Shown here: positions 55,955-64,000 of the stretch, in pieces | Layout of the letters: each line of letters begins with the position of its first letter | Numbering within the stretch: the first letter of the stretch is position 1 | From: Elusimicrobiota bacterium | GTDB taxonomy: Bacteria > Elusimicrobiota > Endomicrobiia > Endomicrobiales > JAPLKN01 | Direction of reading: 5' to 3' | Length of the DNA: 64,000 bases | Assembly: GCA_042562855.1 (NCBI GenBank) | Contig: JBHPNE010000003.1 | Location: forward strand, 6,366 to 70,365 | Position numbers and translations under genes: made by a program | The notes under the pieces: generated by a model | Database searches by the model: none | What the model was told of the DNA's origin: nothing | The model's input: only the letters and a program-made list of their open reading frames with translations

Positions 55955-57748
55955 ATGGCAAAATCTTTTAAATTTAAAAAACCTAAAAATCAAGATCCAG
56001 CCTCTTCTACAGATTGGATTAAATACATTCCTGTTGTATTATTTTCACTCCTTCTTTTTTTAGATCCTCTTTTCTTGGACATCAAATTAAGCAGGCCTAA
56101 ATTAATGCTTCTTGAACTGGGTCTGTACGGGATTGTTTTTTCCGTTATTTTTATTGATGCCTATTTTGGCCGTCTTGCTTTGAAAAAAACTCCTGCATTA
56201 ATTCCTGTGTTGCTTTATTTTACTGCAGTATCATTATTTTATATTTTCTCGCCGGACAAACCTGTGGCATTCAATGAATTTAAGAGAGCTCTCCTTTCGT
56301 GTATAGCATATATAGTAGCAGCAAACATTGTGAACTCCGACAAACAGAGGGCTTTTGTTCTTTGGGCATGGATTGGAGGGAGTTTCTTGGCAATATTATA
56401 CGGTGTAATGCAGCATTACGGCGGTTTCATGCAGATAATGGTCCCGAAAATGGACAGGGTAATGTCTACGTTTGGTAACCCAATATTTTTCGCCGTGCAT
56501 ATAGTTGCCGTTTTCCCGATAGCTTTAAGTTTGTTTTTAGTTACAAAATCCGTTAAAGCCCGCTGGTTTCTTTTTGCTTTTGTTGTCTTCGCACTATGGG
56601 CGTTATTTTATACAAAAACGCGGGCTGCATATATCGGCTTTGCGGTATCATTTATCGTGTTCATATGGCTGAATATTAAGTCGCGCAATATTAAGATAAT
56701 ATTTATATCCCTCATCATTTTGCTATCCGGTATTTTTGTATTCAGTACAAAAAGTATTTGGGCAAGGCAGCAAGCTCATGCGTTGATCTGGCGGGATACT
56801 CTGACGATGTGGTCTAAAACTCCATGGTTTGGTACAGGCCCGGGAACTTTCCCGATTTATTTTCCAGAATTTGCCTCAGATGAACTAAAAAAGGTCTGGC
56901 CTCAAGGAAAATTCATAGTAAACGACGCACACAATGAATATATACAGTATTTAAGTGAGACAGGAATAGTAGGTTTTGGAATATTTTTGCTCGTTTTATT
57001 GACGTTTTTTTTCTATGCAAATAAAACAATAAAAGTAATGGATGAAAAACAAAGAATAGTTGCGGTGGGGTTTATATCAAGCGTAATAGGTGTTCTTGTG
57101 CAGAATTTCTTTTCTGCAGACATGAGATTCATTATATCGGCGATTTATTTATTTATAGCTATCGGACTTTTAGAATCCTATAGAAACGAATATTTTATAA
57201 TCGATAAGATAGGCAGATATCCGAAATTTGCGATATTTTCTGCAATATGCGTTTCTGCGTTCTTTATCTTTCCGCAAGTGCCAAAACCATACCTTGCACA
57301 GAAAAAACTTGCCGCAAAACCTGACTTTTTTGATGAGAAAATACTGGAACCGGCAAAAACGGTTTCAGCGCTGCTTTCCATTGCCAAAAAACATCCCGAC
57401 CAGTCTTTGGTATATGAGAAATTGGGCTGGGTGTATTCGAAAGAAAAAAGATGGAATGAAGCAATTTCTAGTTATAAAAAAGCAGCAGAGTTAGACCCTA
57501 CTAATGCAGGGCCTCTCAATAATCTTGGGAATATTTATTTTTTAATTGGGAACAGGCAAAGTGCAATAGATTTCTGGGCACAATCGATTGCATTAAAGCC
57601 CTCTCAAATAGACAGCAGGTTAAATCTTGCAACCGCATATTTTCATCAGGGAAGACTAAAAGAATCTGTAGATCAGCTTAAAGAAGTATTGCGCATAGAT
57701 TCAGGCAATGAAAAAGCGATCGTAATGCTGAAACAAATGACGGAATAA
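55955..57748 (+). CDS. O-antigen ligase (Wzy_C)-like polytopic protein fused to C-terminal TPR repeats
   Basis: 597 aa. Multi-TM body with FYTKTRAAYIGF and WFGTGPGTF...NDAHNEYIQYLSETG. C-terminal TPR units (YEKLGWVYSKEKRWNEAISSYKKAAELDP...). Confidence 0.8.
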   Translation: MAKSFKFKKPKNQDPASSTDWIKYIPVVLFSLLLFLDPLFLDIKLSRPKLMLLELGLYGIVFSVIFIDAYFGRLALKKTPALIPVLLYFTAVSLFYIFSPDKPVAFNEFKRALLSCIAYIVAANIVNSDKQRAFVLWAWIGGSFLAILYGVMQHYGGFMQIMVPKMDRVMSTFGNPIFFAVHIVAVFPIALSLFLVTKSVKARWFLFAFVVFALWALFYTKTRAAYIGFAVSFIVFIWLNIKSRNIKIIFISLIILLSGIFVFSTKSIWARQQAHALIWRDTLTMWSKTPWFGTGPGTFPIYFPEFASDELKKVWPQGKFIVNDAHNEYIQYLSETGIVGFGIFLLVLLTFFFYANKTIKVMDEKQRIVAVGFISSVIGVLVQNFFSADMRFIISAIYLFIAIGLLESYRNEYFIIDKIGRYPKFAIFSAICVSAFFIFPQVPKPYLAQKKLAAKPDFFDEKILEPAKTVSALLSIAKKHPDQSLVYEKLGWVYSKEKRWNEAISSYKKAAELDPTNAGPLNNLGNIYFLIGNRQSAIDFWAQSIALKPSQIDSRLNLATAYFHQGRLKESVDQLKEVLRIDSGNEKAIVMLKQMTE

Positions 57749-59146
57749 ATGAGTAAATACATGGCCAAAAAGATTAAGTTATTTTTGATGTTGGTAGCAT
57801 GCAGTATTTTCATAAATGGATGTTCAATTCAAAAAACTATACAATCCAATCAGGCGTCCCCCGTTATGCTTGGCATTGAAAAGGATATGAAAGTTCCCGG
57901 TTACTGGATTAGTGTTCATCCATATCCGGATGTAAAACTCCTGGATAGAGAAGATATTGATGAAATAAATTCAAATATTGAAGAAGTACTTCAATCAACA
58001 ATAAACATAAAAGATCATTCGGAAATATTTCCATTGGGTGAGGTTATCCCCCAGATAAATAATCTTTATAAAAGTTTCACAAACAAAAAATACTACACAA
58101 CTGATGGGACAAGGGTGGATTCAGATTATTTTAAGAATATTGAGGAAAACATGAATCTTGGCTCTATCGGTCCTGGGGTAGAACTGAAATTTGGAATAAT
58201 AGTACACTATGCGGATCAGAGACTAATACCAACAAAAGATGCTCTTTCCCGCAAAAAAAGAAAAGCAAATTTTGATAGAGTTCAAAATAACTCGTTGGAC
58301 ATAGGGACCCCTGTAGTTATAAAGCATGTCAGTAAAGACGGAAAGTGGTATTATGCGGAAGGGCCTTCTAGTGCGGGGTGGATCGCAGAGGAAAATATTG
58401 TAATATGCAGCAGGGAAGAGACAAGAAAATTTTTAAAACAAAATCCTTTTATTGTTGTAACAAGTCCCAAAGCTCAAATATTTCTGGATGAGAATTTTAT
58501 TAATTATTATGACTATGTAAGAATGGGGGTAAAACTTCCTTTAATTAGACGGGAAAATGTGAAAGATAAATTAAAAATTGAAATACCTTCACGCGCAAAT
58601 AACGGTAAACTTGAGTTCAAAGAAGTATATATGAGCAGTAAAGAAGTAAACGACGGATACCTTCCTTACACGCCAAGAAATGTAATAAATCAGGCCTTCA
58701 AAATGATGAATGCCCCGTATGCATGGGGAGGCATACACGGTGAGCAGGATTGTTCGCAGTTTATACAGCAGGTATTTGCAACTTTTGGCGTGAATATGCC
58801 GAGAAACTCACTATCGCAGTCCAGTGTCGGTAAATTTGTGGGCGGCGAATGGAGCCAGAATACAAGCCCGGAGAAAAAGGTAGAAATTTTAGACAGGTAT
58901 GCGATTGGCGGAATTACAACTTTATATCTGGATGGCCATATTATGCTTTTTGTCGGTATGGTTGATGGGGTTCCGTATGTGATACATGAAATGTGGGGTT
59001 ATGGTGATAAAATCGGAAACGAGGAGATTGTGCGTATAGCAGGACGCGTAATAGTATCCAGTTTGTCTATAGGCGAAGGTTCTAAAAAAGGGTCTTTAAT
59101 TGAAAGAGTAAAAGCAATTAGAGTTATTGGAAAACAATTTAATTAA
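57749..59146 (+). CDS. lipoprotein with an SH3-like domain and a NlpC/P60 (C40) peptidase domain
   Basis: 465 aa. Lipobox-like LVACSIFINGCS. C-terminal NAPYAWGGIHGEQDCSQFIQQVFATFGVNMPRNS...GHIMLFVG contains the catalytic Cys and His context. Confidence 0.82.
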   Translation: MSKYMAKKIKLFLMLVACSIFINGCSIQKTIQSNQASPVMLGIEKDMKVPGYWISVHPYPDVKLLDREDIDEINSNIEEVLQSTINIKDHSEIFPLGEVIPQINNLYKSFTNKKYYTTDGTRVDSDYFKNIEENMNLGSIGPGVELKFGIIVHYADQRLIPTKDALSRKKRKANFDRVQNNSLDIGTPVVIKHVSKDGKWYYAEGPSSAGWIAEENIVICSREETRKFLKQNPFIVVTSPKAQIFLDENFINYYDYVRMGVKLPLIRRENVKDKLKIEIPSRANNGKLEFKEVYMSSKEVNDGYLPYTPRNVINQAFKMMNAPYAWGGIHGEQDCSQFIQQVFATFGVNMPRNSLSQSSVGKFVGGEWSQNTSPEKKVEILDRYAIGGITTLYLDGHIMLFVGMVDGVPYVIHEMWGYGDKIGNEEIVRIAGRVIVSSLSIGEGSKKGSLIERVKAIRVIGKQFN

Positions 59147-59864
59147 TATTCCATATCTTGTGCATTTGCGTAATGAAATGAACATTTTTTAAATACTGTT
59201 TTGCGATTTTAATAAAAGTAGAATATTTCGTAAGAAGAAGCTTACTATATGTTTTGTATCTGCCATCCGGCTGAAGCACACAGGGAATATTTACAGACAC
59301 AGATTTAACTAATCTCACAGCTTTTAAAATCTCATCCTTAGTACTTTTATTGCCAACAACTATTTTTACAAAGACATTCTTTCTTGCAGCTTTCAAAAAA
59401 TTTCTATGTTTGTGCCAGTTATTGGTTTTGCATGCCGACGGCAGTTTTATATCCATTGATGTTACATCAACCAGATGGCGAATACGCATAAAGTATTCAG
59501 GCATAGTTGCGTTTGTTTCTAAATATATTTTGAAAGCCGCTTTTCTTAAACTAGGCAATAACATCCGAAGAAATTTCCAATGCACAAGCGGTTCACCGCC
59601 GGTAAAAGCGATGGTAATAGGAAAAGTTTTCGGGAAAAAACGTTTATTTCTTTTTGCAATTTTATTAATACTTTCGATGAGTTGTTTGGTTGAAAGATAT
59701 TTAATTTTTTTGGCATTTTGCAATGTATCGCAATAGTTACATTTTAAGTTGCAGCCGTAAAAACGCACAAATATTTGAGGCTGAGTAACATAAATACCTT
59801 CGCCCTGAAACGAAAAAAATGTTTCTTGAATGGGAGCTTTTAATTGAGAAGTGTTGTTTGTCAT
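59139..59864 (-). CDS. queE: 7-carboxy-7-deazaguanine synthase (radical SAM)
   Basis: 241 aa. FSFQGEGIYVTQPQIFVRFYGCNLKCNYCDT. Lies next to queC and queD. Confidence 0.9.
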   Translation of the reverse strand: MTNNTSQLKAPIQETFFSFQGEGIYVTQPQIFVRFYGCNLKCNYCDTLQNAKKIKYLSTKQLIESINKIAKRNKRFFPKTFPITIAFTGGEPLVHWKFLRMLLPSLRKAAFKIYLETNATMPEYFMRIRHLVDVTSMDIKLPSACKTNNWHKHRNFLKAARKNVFVKIVVGNKSTKDEILKAVRLVKSVSVNIPCVLQPDGRYKTYSKLLLTKYSTFIKIAKQYLKNVHFITQMHKIWNIN

Positions 59865-59871
59865 GCAATTT

Positions 59872-60549
59872 TTATGCTAAAGGGTCCTGTAATTTAATTT
59901 TAGAAAAGCCTTTTGAACGGAATTTACATGAATCGCATATACCGCAGGGCTTAGCTTTTCCCGAATAGCATGACCAAGTATATTTATAAGGCACGTTTAA
60001 CCTTGTACCAAGTTTAAGAATTTGAGATTTATTTAAATATTGAAGGGGGGCTAGTATTTTTATGTTTAGTCCGAGAGATTTTAACAGTTTGTTCCAAAGT
60101 TTATAATAATTTGGCCTGCAGTCCGGATAACCGGAGTAATCCAGAATATTTGCTCCAATAAAAATCGTTGAAGCCTTTAACTCTTCAGCATAAGATAATG
60201 CATACGACAAAAAAATAGTATTTCTGCCCGGAACATATGTGGACGGTAATTTATTTAATTTAGACAGATCTTTATGAACCGGGATTTTTTTAGATTTATC
60301 AATTAGCGAACTGCTTTTCCATGGAAGATTAATAGTCAAGACTCTAAAAGGGATTTTTGCGGATTTAGCGATATTTTTGGCCGAACTTATTTCTCTAACA
60401 TGTTTTTGCCCATAATCGAATATCAGGCAGCGGCATAAATAATTTTTGCTTTTTGCATAATAAAGTACTGTCGATGAGTCTATTCCGCCGGAGAGCAAAA
60501 CAACAGCTTTCTTATTAGTTGAAGTTTTTGACATGTTATTTATTAACAA
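59872..60549 (-). CDS. queC: 7-cyano-7-deazaguanine synthase
   Basis: 225 aa. AVVLLSGGIDSST and C-terminal zinc Cys cluster SCYSGKAKPCGICDSCKFR. Confidence 0.94.
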   Translation of the reverse strand: MLINNMSKTSTNKKAVVLLSGGIDSSTVLYYAKSKNYLCRCLIFDYGQKHVREISSAKNIAKSAKIPFRVLTINLPWKSSSLIDKSKKIPVHKDLSKLNKLPSTYVPGRNTIFLSYALSYAEELKASTIFIGANILDYSGYPDCRPNYYKLWNKLLKSLGLNIKILAPLQYLNKSQILKLGTRLNVPYKYTWSCYSGKAKPCGICDSCKFRSKGFSKIKLQDPLA

Positions 60550-60901
60550 TTGCTGATGAGTTTTCGCTTTCCCAGACTTCTATCTCAAATACTTTTAAAC
60601 CTTTTGGAATTTTATTTGAGAGTTTATCAAAGATATAGGAAGCAATATTTTCTGCGGTTGGATTTATTTGTTTAAAAACAGAAGTGGTGTTTAGATCGTT
60701 ATGGTCCAATTCGTTTAATATTTCATTGAGGGTATGTTTTACGTCCTTAAAATCAATAAGTATTCCGTTTTTGAGTTTTTTCCCCAAAACGCAAGCTCTG
60801 ACTTTCCAGTTGTGTCCGTGAAGATTTTCGCATTTGCCTTTATATTCACGTAATGCATGTGCAGCAGAAAAGGATTTTGTTACATTAATTTTATATTGCA
60901 T
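60536..60901 (-). CDS. queD: 6-carboxytetrahydropterin synthase
   Basis: 121 aa. FSAAHALREYKGKCENLHGHNWKV...LDHNDLN. Confidence 0.93.
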   Translation of the reverse strand: MQYKINVTKSFSAAHALREYKGKCENLHGHNWKVRACVLGKKLKNGILIDFKDVKHTLNEILNELDHNDLNTTSVFKQINPTAENIASYIFDKLSNKIPKGLKVFEIEVWESENSSAIVNK

Positions 60902-60903
60902 TT

Positions 60904-61701
60904 TTATTCCAAATTCACTTTTTTTACTGACTTGATAATATGTTTTAAGAAACGCTGACCTAGGCTTTTGAATTTTTGTGGGGAATCACTTACAAAATAT
61001 TTATATTTACCGCGGGTTTTACTTTTTGCTCCGAGGTTGAGCCGGTCTAAAGTATTAAAAACTTCCCTTGCTGTAAATTCTGCAGAGTCAATCAAAACAG
61101 TATTCTTGCTTACTGTTTTTCTCAAAACTTCTTTTATTAACGGATAATGCGTGCATCCTAAAACCAAAGTATCAATGTTTCTAGCAATGAGGGGTTTTAA
61201 ATATTCTGAAGCTGTGATATTTGATACTTTGTGTGCAACCCATCCTTCCTCAACTATGGGAACAAAAAGAGGGCAAGCTTGAGAAAAAACATTTATTCCG
61301 GAACTAACAGATTTGATAGCATTTGCATATGAAGAACTTTTGATGGTACCCTCTGTACCTATTATTCCTATTCTTTTATTTCTTGTAGAGCTGATTGCGG
61401 CTTCTGCCCCAGGTATTATAACGCCGGTTATGGGAACATTGAACTTTTTCTTCAAGTACGGCAGGGCAAATGCGGATGCAGTGTTACATGCTACGACCAG
61501 CATTTTTATTTTTTGAGAAATAAGAAAATGAGATATGTCTGTTGAAAATCTCACCACAGATTCTTTGGATTTTGATCCGTATGGAACATGGGCAGTATCA
61601 CCGAAATATATGATATCCTCAGTCGGCATTAGAGCCATAATTTCAGACATTACGGTAAGTCCGCCAAGCCCTGAATCAAATATTCCTACAGGTCTTTTCA
61701 T
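60904..61701 (-). CDS. murI: glutamate racemase
   Basis: 265 aa. VGIFDSGLGGLTV, YFGDTAHVPYG, VVACNTAS and LGCTHYPL. Confidence 0.96.
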   Translation of the reverse strand: MKRPVGIFDSGLGGLTVMSEIMALMPTEDIIYFGDTAHVPYGSKSKESVVRFSTDISHFLISQKIKMLVVACNTASAFALPYLKKKFNVPITGVIIPGAEAAISSTRNKRIGIIGTEGTIKSSSYANAIKSVSSGINVFSQACPLFVPIVEEGWVAHKVSNITASEYLKPLIARNIDTLVLGCTHYPLIKEVLRKTVSKNTVLIDSAEFTAREVFNTLDRLNLGAKSKTRGKYKYFVSDSPQKFKSLGQRFLKHIIKSVKKVNLE

Positions 61702-63314
61702 TAGCTTCCTTTCTTGGATATGTAGTCTGATATGCCTTCATAAATTGAGCGTGCAATTTCGTCCTGAAATTCTGAAGTTTTCAATTTTTCTTCTTCTTTC
61801 GGGTTACTGATAAAAGCTGTTTCTATCAAAACTGCAGGCATTCCGGCACCGCGTAGTACAAAAAAACCTGCCTGCTTAACACCCCTGTTTTCAACATTGT
61901 TTTTTTCTTCAACATCAGTTGCGATATAACTGCTCACTTCAGAAGATTCATTAATAAACTCATTTACTGCCATGGACCAAAGGAGTGATTGGAGGGCAGC
62001 GCGTTTTTTGCTCGGTTTTCCTTCCAAATGCACAACTGAGTTTTCTAGCACAGCTGTTGCGGCTGCTTCAGAGTCCGAGGCATTTTCGGATAGGAAATAA
62101 ACCTCAAATCCCGATGTTCTTCTGTTTGCGTTGGCATTGCAGTGAACGGAAACAAAAAGATCTGCCTTTTCTTCGTTGGCCATATTGGTTCTTTCAACAA
62201 GAGGAATAAAAGTGTCGTCCTCACGGGTTAACAATATTTTATATTGTTTATCTTGTTCAAAAAGAGTTTTTAATCTTTTTACTATGGAAAGAACGATGTT
62301 TTTTTCCAGAGTGCCGTCGGGTCCGATAGCTCCGGGATCTTTTCCTCCATGACCAGCATCTAGGATTATCAGTTTTTTATTTTTTTTGCCCTTTTTCTTA
62401 GCCTTTTTGATTACTGGCATAGGGGTTAAAGTATTTTCGGTACCTATGGAGGAAGTAGTACCGGTAGGGATGTCTTTTTCGGGCTCCTTTGGCCCGAGAT
62501 TCTGAGTATTTACGGTATCCGGGGATTGTGGAACGCCCGCAAAAGGATTTCTTGGAATTCTTAAAATCAAGGTTTTTAAATTTTTACTAGTTTTAATCTC
62601 CTCAAGCTCGGCATCTTCAGTGCTATCTTCTAAATCAATATTTATTTCGGCCTGCCGGCCGTTGTTGGAAAGAGAAATTTTTCTTACAGTTCCGTCCCCG
62701 ACTTTGATTTTGCCGGACCTTGTAATGCCGCGTGCAAATGAAATAAATACTGCTTTTTCATCTTCTTTAGTGTCATGGCCCCATCTGTATGAAATATCCC
62801 CGTACATCTGTATTGAGATATTGGTAAAATCCTGACGGCTTGAAATCTTGGATACTCTGACATTTGCTTTTCTCACGATTTTTAAAATGTATGATTTTTC
62901 GTTGAAAGAAATTTTAGTCCTGGTAAAGTCCATGAAGTAATTGGACAAAATAAATTCCACGGGGATTAGTATGTCATTATCTTTGAGGCGGGCCGGTGCC
63001 TGAAGGCGTTTTTTTTGTCCATCAAAATGGACTCTAGTGCTTTTTGCAAAGATGTCTATTGTTTTATTGTCTTTTCTTAAAGAAACTTTTTCAGATATTT
63101 GGTGCCATTGGGTGCTTATTCCGAAAACATCTGCTATTTGTCTGACGGAAAAATAACTGTAACGGCCGTAAGAATATAGTTCTATCGGTTTTAGTGATCT
63201 TCCGTCGAAAATTGTGCGTACGTCTTTAATTGTCTCAGCGGGTAGCGGGCTGAAACACGCAGACAAAACGGCAAATATTGGAAAAATGATTTTCAAATAT
63301 TTTTTCTTTAACAT
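61701..63314 (-). CDS. N-acetylmuramoyl-L-alanine amidase with N-terminal stalk/AMIN-like domains
   Basis: 537 aa with a signal peptide. N-terminal copper-amine-oxidase-N-like fold (YFSVRQIADVFG...ILIPVEF). C-terminal Amidase_3 motifs ILDAGHGGKDPGA, FVSVHCNA and AVLIETAFISNP. Confidence 0.88.
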   Translation of the reverse strand: MLKKKYLKIIFPIFAVLSACFSPLPAETIKDVRTIFDGRSLKPIELYSYGRYSYFSVRQIADVFGISTQWHQISEKVSLRKDNKTIDIFAKSTRVHFDGQKKRLQAPARLKDNDILIPVEFILSNYFMDFTRTKISFNEKSYILKIVRKANVRVSKISSRQDFTNISIQMYGDISYRWGHDTKEDEKAVFISFARGITRSGKIKVGDGTVRKISLSNNGRQAEINIDLEDSTEDAELEEIKTSKNLKTLILRIPRNPFAGVPQSPDTVNTQNLGPKEPEKDIPTGTTSSIGTENTLTPMPVIKKAKKKGKKNKKLIILDAGHGGKDPGAIGPDGTLEKNIVLSIVKRLKTLFEQDKQYKILLTREDDTFIPLVERTNMANEEKADLFVSVHCNANANRRTSGFEVYFLSENASDSEAAATAVLENSVVHLEGKPSKKRAALQSLLWSMAVNEFINESSEVSSYIATDVEEKNNVENRGVKQAGFFVLRGAGMPAVLIETAFISNPKEEEKLKTSEFQDEIARSIYEGISDYISKKGS

Positions 63315-63323
63315 AGTAAATTA

Positions 63324-63703
63324 TGGAGGTGGCGGGAATCGAACCCGCGTCCGAAAGTATTTCAGTCAGGTTCCTACAGGTTTAGTTGGAAATGTTTTTT
63401 GTCTTAAAGCTGCTTTCCAACAAGATCACTCTAAGACTAGTTCCGTTATTGTTTCATTAAATTCAGACGGAACATGCTGAACATAACTAACCCACTCTTG
63501 ATGCTTTATCTCCCTAGTGGATGTCGGAAGTAAAGCATGGCTGCGTTAAGCAGCCAGTGGCATAACTCCGGAAAATCCGAAGCTGTTGCCAACAGGCATT
63601 AATTTTTTGCCGTTTTTAGTTTGGTCGATTTATACCGAGCCTTCGACCAACTCGGACCTGCCCCCTGTGCGTCAACTACCCTCGTCGAGACCTATTCACC
63701 CCC
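63324..63703 (-). ncRNA. ssrA: tmRNA (SsrA)
   Basis: The minus strand reads 5' GGGGGTGAATAGGTCTCGACGAGGG ... GGACGCGGGTTCGATTCCCGCCACCTCCA 3'. Has a 7-bp acceptor stem with a G3-U pair and a T-arm. Internal tag frame ...GGC AAC AGC TTC GGA TTT TCC GGA GTT ATG CCA CTG GCT GCT TAA (…GVMPLAA*). The 3' CCA is not encoded. Confidence 0.93.
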
Positions 63704-64000
63704 GGTGATAATTTCCTTCTTTTTCTAAAAAACTTCTGCATCAAAGTACGGCACTCTTTTTCAAGAACGCCGCCGGTTACTTTAATTCTATGATTTAAAT
63801 TTTTATTATCTGAAATATTTAGCACAGAGCCGCATGCGCCTGCTTTTTTATCGAATGCGCCAAAAACTATTTCTGAAACACGAGCCCAAACAGCGGCACC
63901 TGCACACATCGGACACGGCTCCACAGTAACATACAGCTTACAATCTTTTAATCTATAGTTTCCAATTTTCTTAGAAGCTTTTCGCAACGCAATTATTTCT
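63676..64000 (-). CDS. tadA: tRNA-specific adenosine deaminase TadA, 5' end beyond the window
   Basis: The frame is open to the window edge (…EIIALRKASKKIGNYRLKDCKLYVTVEPCPMCAGAAVWARV...). PCxxC zinc motif. The last 28 nt overlap the tmRNA 5' end. Confidence 0.88.
   Translation of the reverse strand, partial: EIIALRKASKKIGNYRLKDCKLYVTVEPCPMCAGAAVWARVSEIVFGAFDKKAGACGSVLNISDNKNLNHRIKVTGGVLEKECRTLMQKFFRKRRKLSPGVNRSRRG

Noticed and set aside
59139-61701. Looked for a preQ1 riboswitch ahead of queD/queC/queE, and for T-box or leader elements ahead of the amino-acid operons.
   Set aside because: The que genes follow murI with 2-nt and overlapping junctions, and thrB follows thiC after 7 nt. No untranslated leader exists to hold such elements.
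63214-63480. 88-aa plus-strand ORF next to the amidase gene.
   Set aside because: It overlaps the amidase start and runs antisense through the tmRNA gene, whose conserved ends and tag frame account for the sequence.

Overview
This is a 64-kb chromosomal window from a low-GC bacterium with outer-membrane-type gene content. The lineage cannot be fixed from this window. The PorV-like and CTD-like proteins recall uncultivated groups such as Omnitrophota or Elusimicrobiota, but that is only a guess. All domain and family calls below come from reading motifs in the supplied translations; no database search was run.

Coding is nearly gap-free and mostly housekeeping:
- 1-9.4 kb: end of the ribosomal alpha operon (rpsK-rpsD-rpoA-rplQ), running straight into mreBCD-mrdA-rodA-rng.
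- 25-31 kb: aspC, rplU-rpmA-obg, a PilZ / Cys-rich / VanZ gene set, and ychF.
- 32.6-51 kb: aroB-aroQ-pepP-efp-accBC, gmhA plus a heptose adenylyltransferase, thi genes, thrB-lysC-cimA-ilvD-ilvBN-ilvC, and rpe.
- 51-64 kb: envelope and signalling genes, queEDC, murI, an amidase, tmRNA and a partial tadA.

The standout is a ~14-kb accessory locus at 10.2-24.4 kb. It contains:
- seven Sec-signal-bearing, Thr/Gly/Ala-rich fibre-like proteins built from shared motifs, including a 450-bp near-identical tandem duplication and five paralogs with one N-terminal module and two alternative C-terminal tips;
- a PorV-like outer-membrane barrel fused to an FN3-like domain;
- a small membrane-anchored protein that is little more than a T9SS/FlgD-Ig-type C-terminal domain;
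- an ArsR-type regulator;
- a 1282-aa MEDS-PAS-GAF-LuxR regulator.

A CAGGTATA/TATACCTG palindrome sits upstream of near-identical TTGACAAT promoters at two places in the locus. Half-sites of the same motif cover the big regulator's own promoter.

The locus ends at a REPtron-like Y1 (IS200-like/RayT-like) transposase flanked by inverted hairpins. A 600-bp ORF-free, hairpin-dense region at 32.0-32.6 kb is a second unexplained feature. No CRISPR array, rRNA or tRNA was seen. One tmRNA is present.
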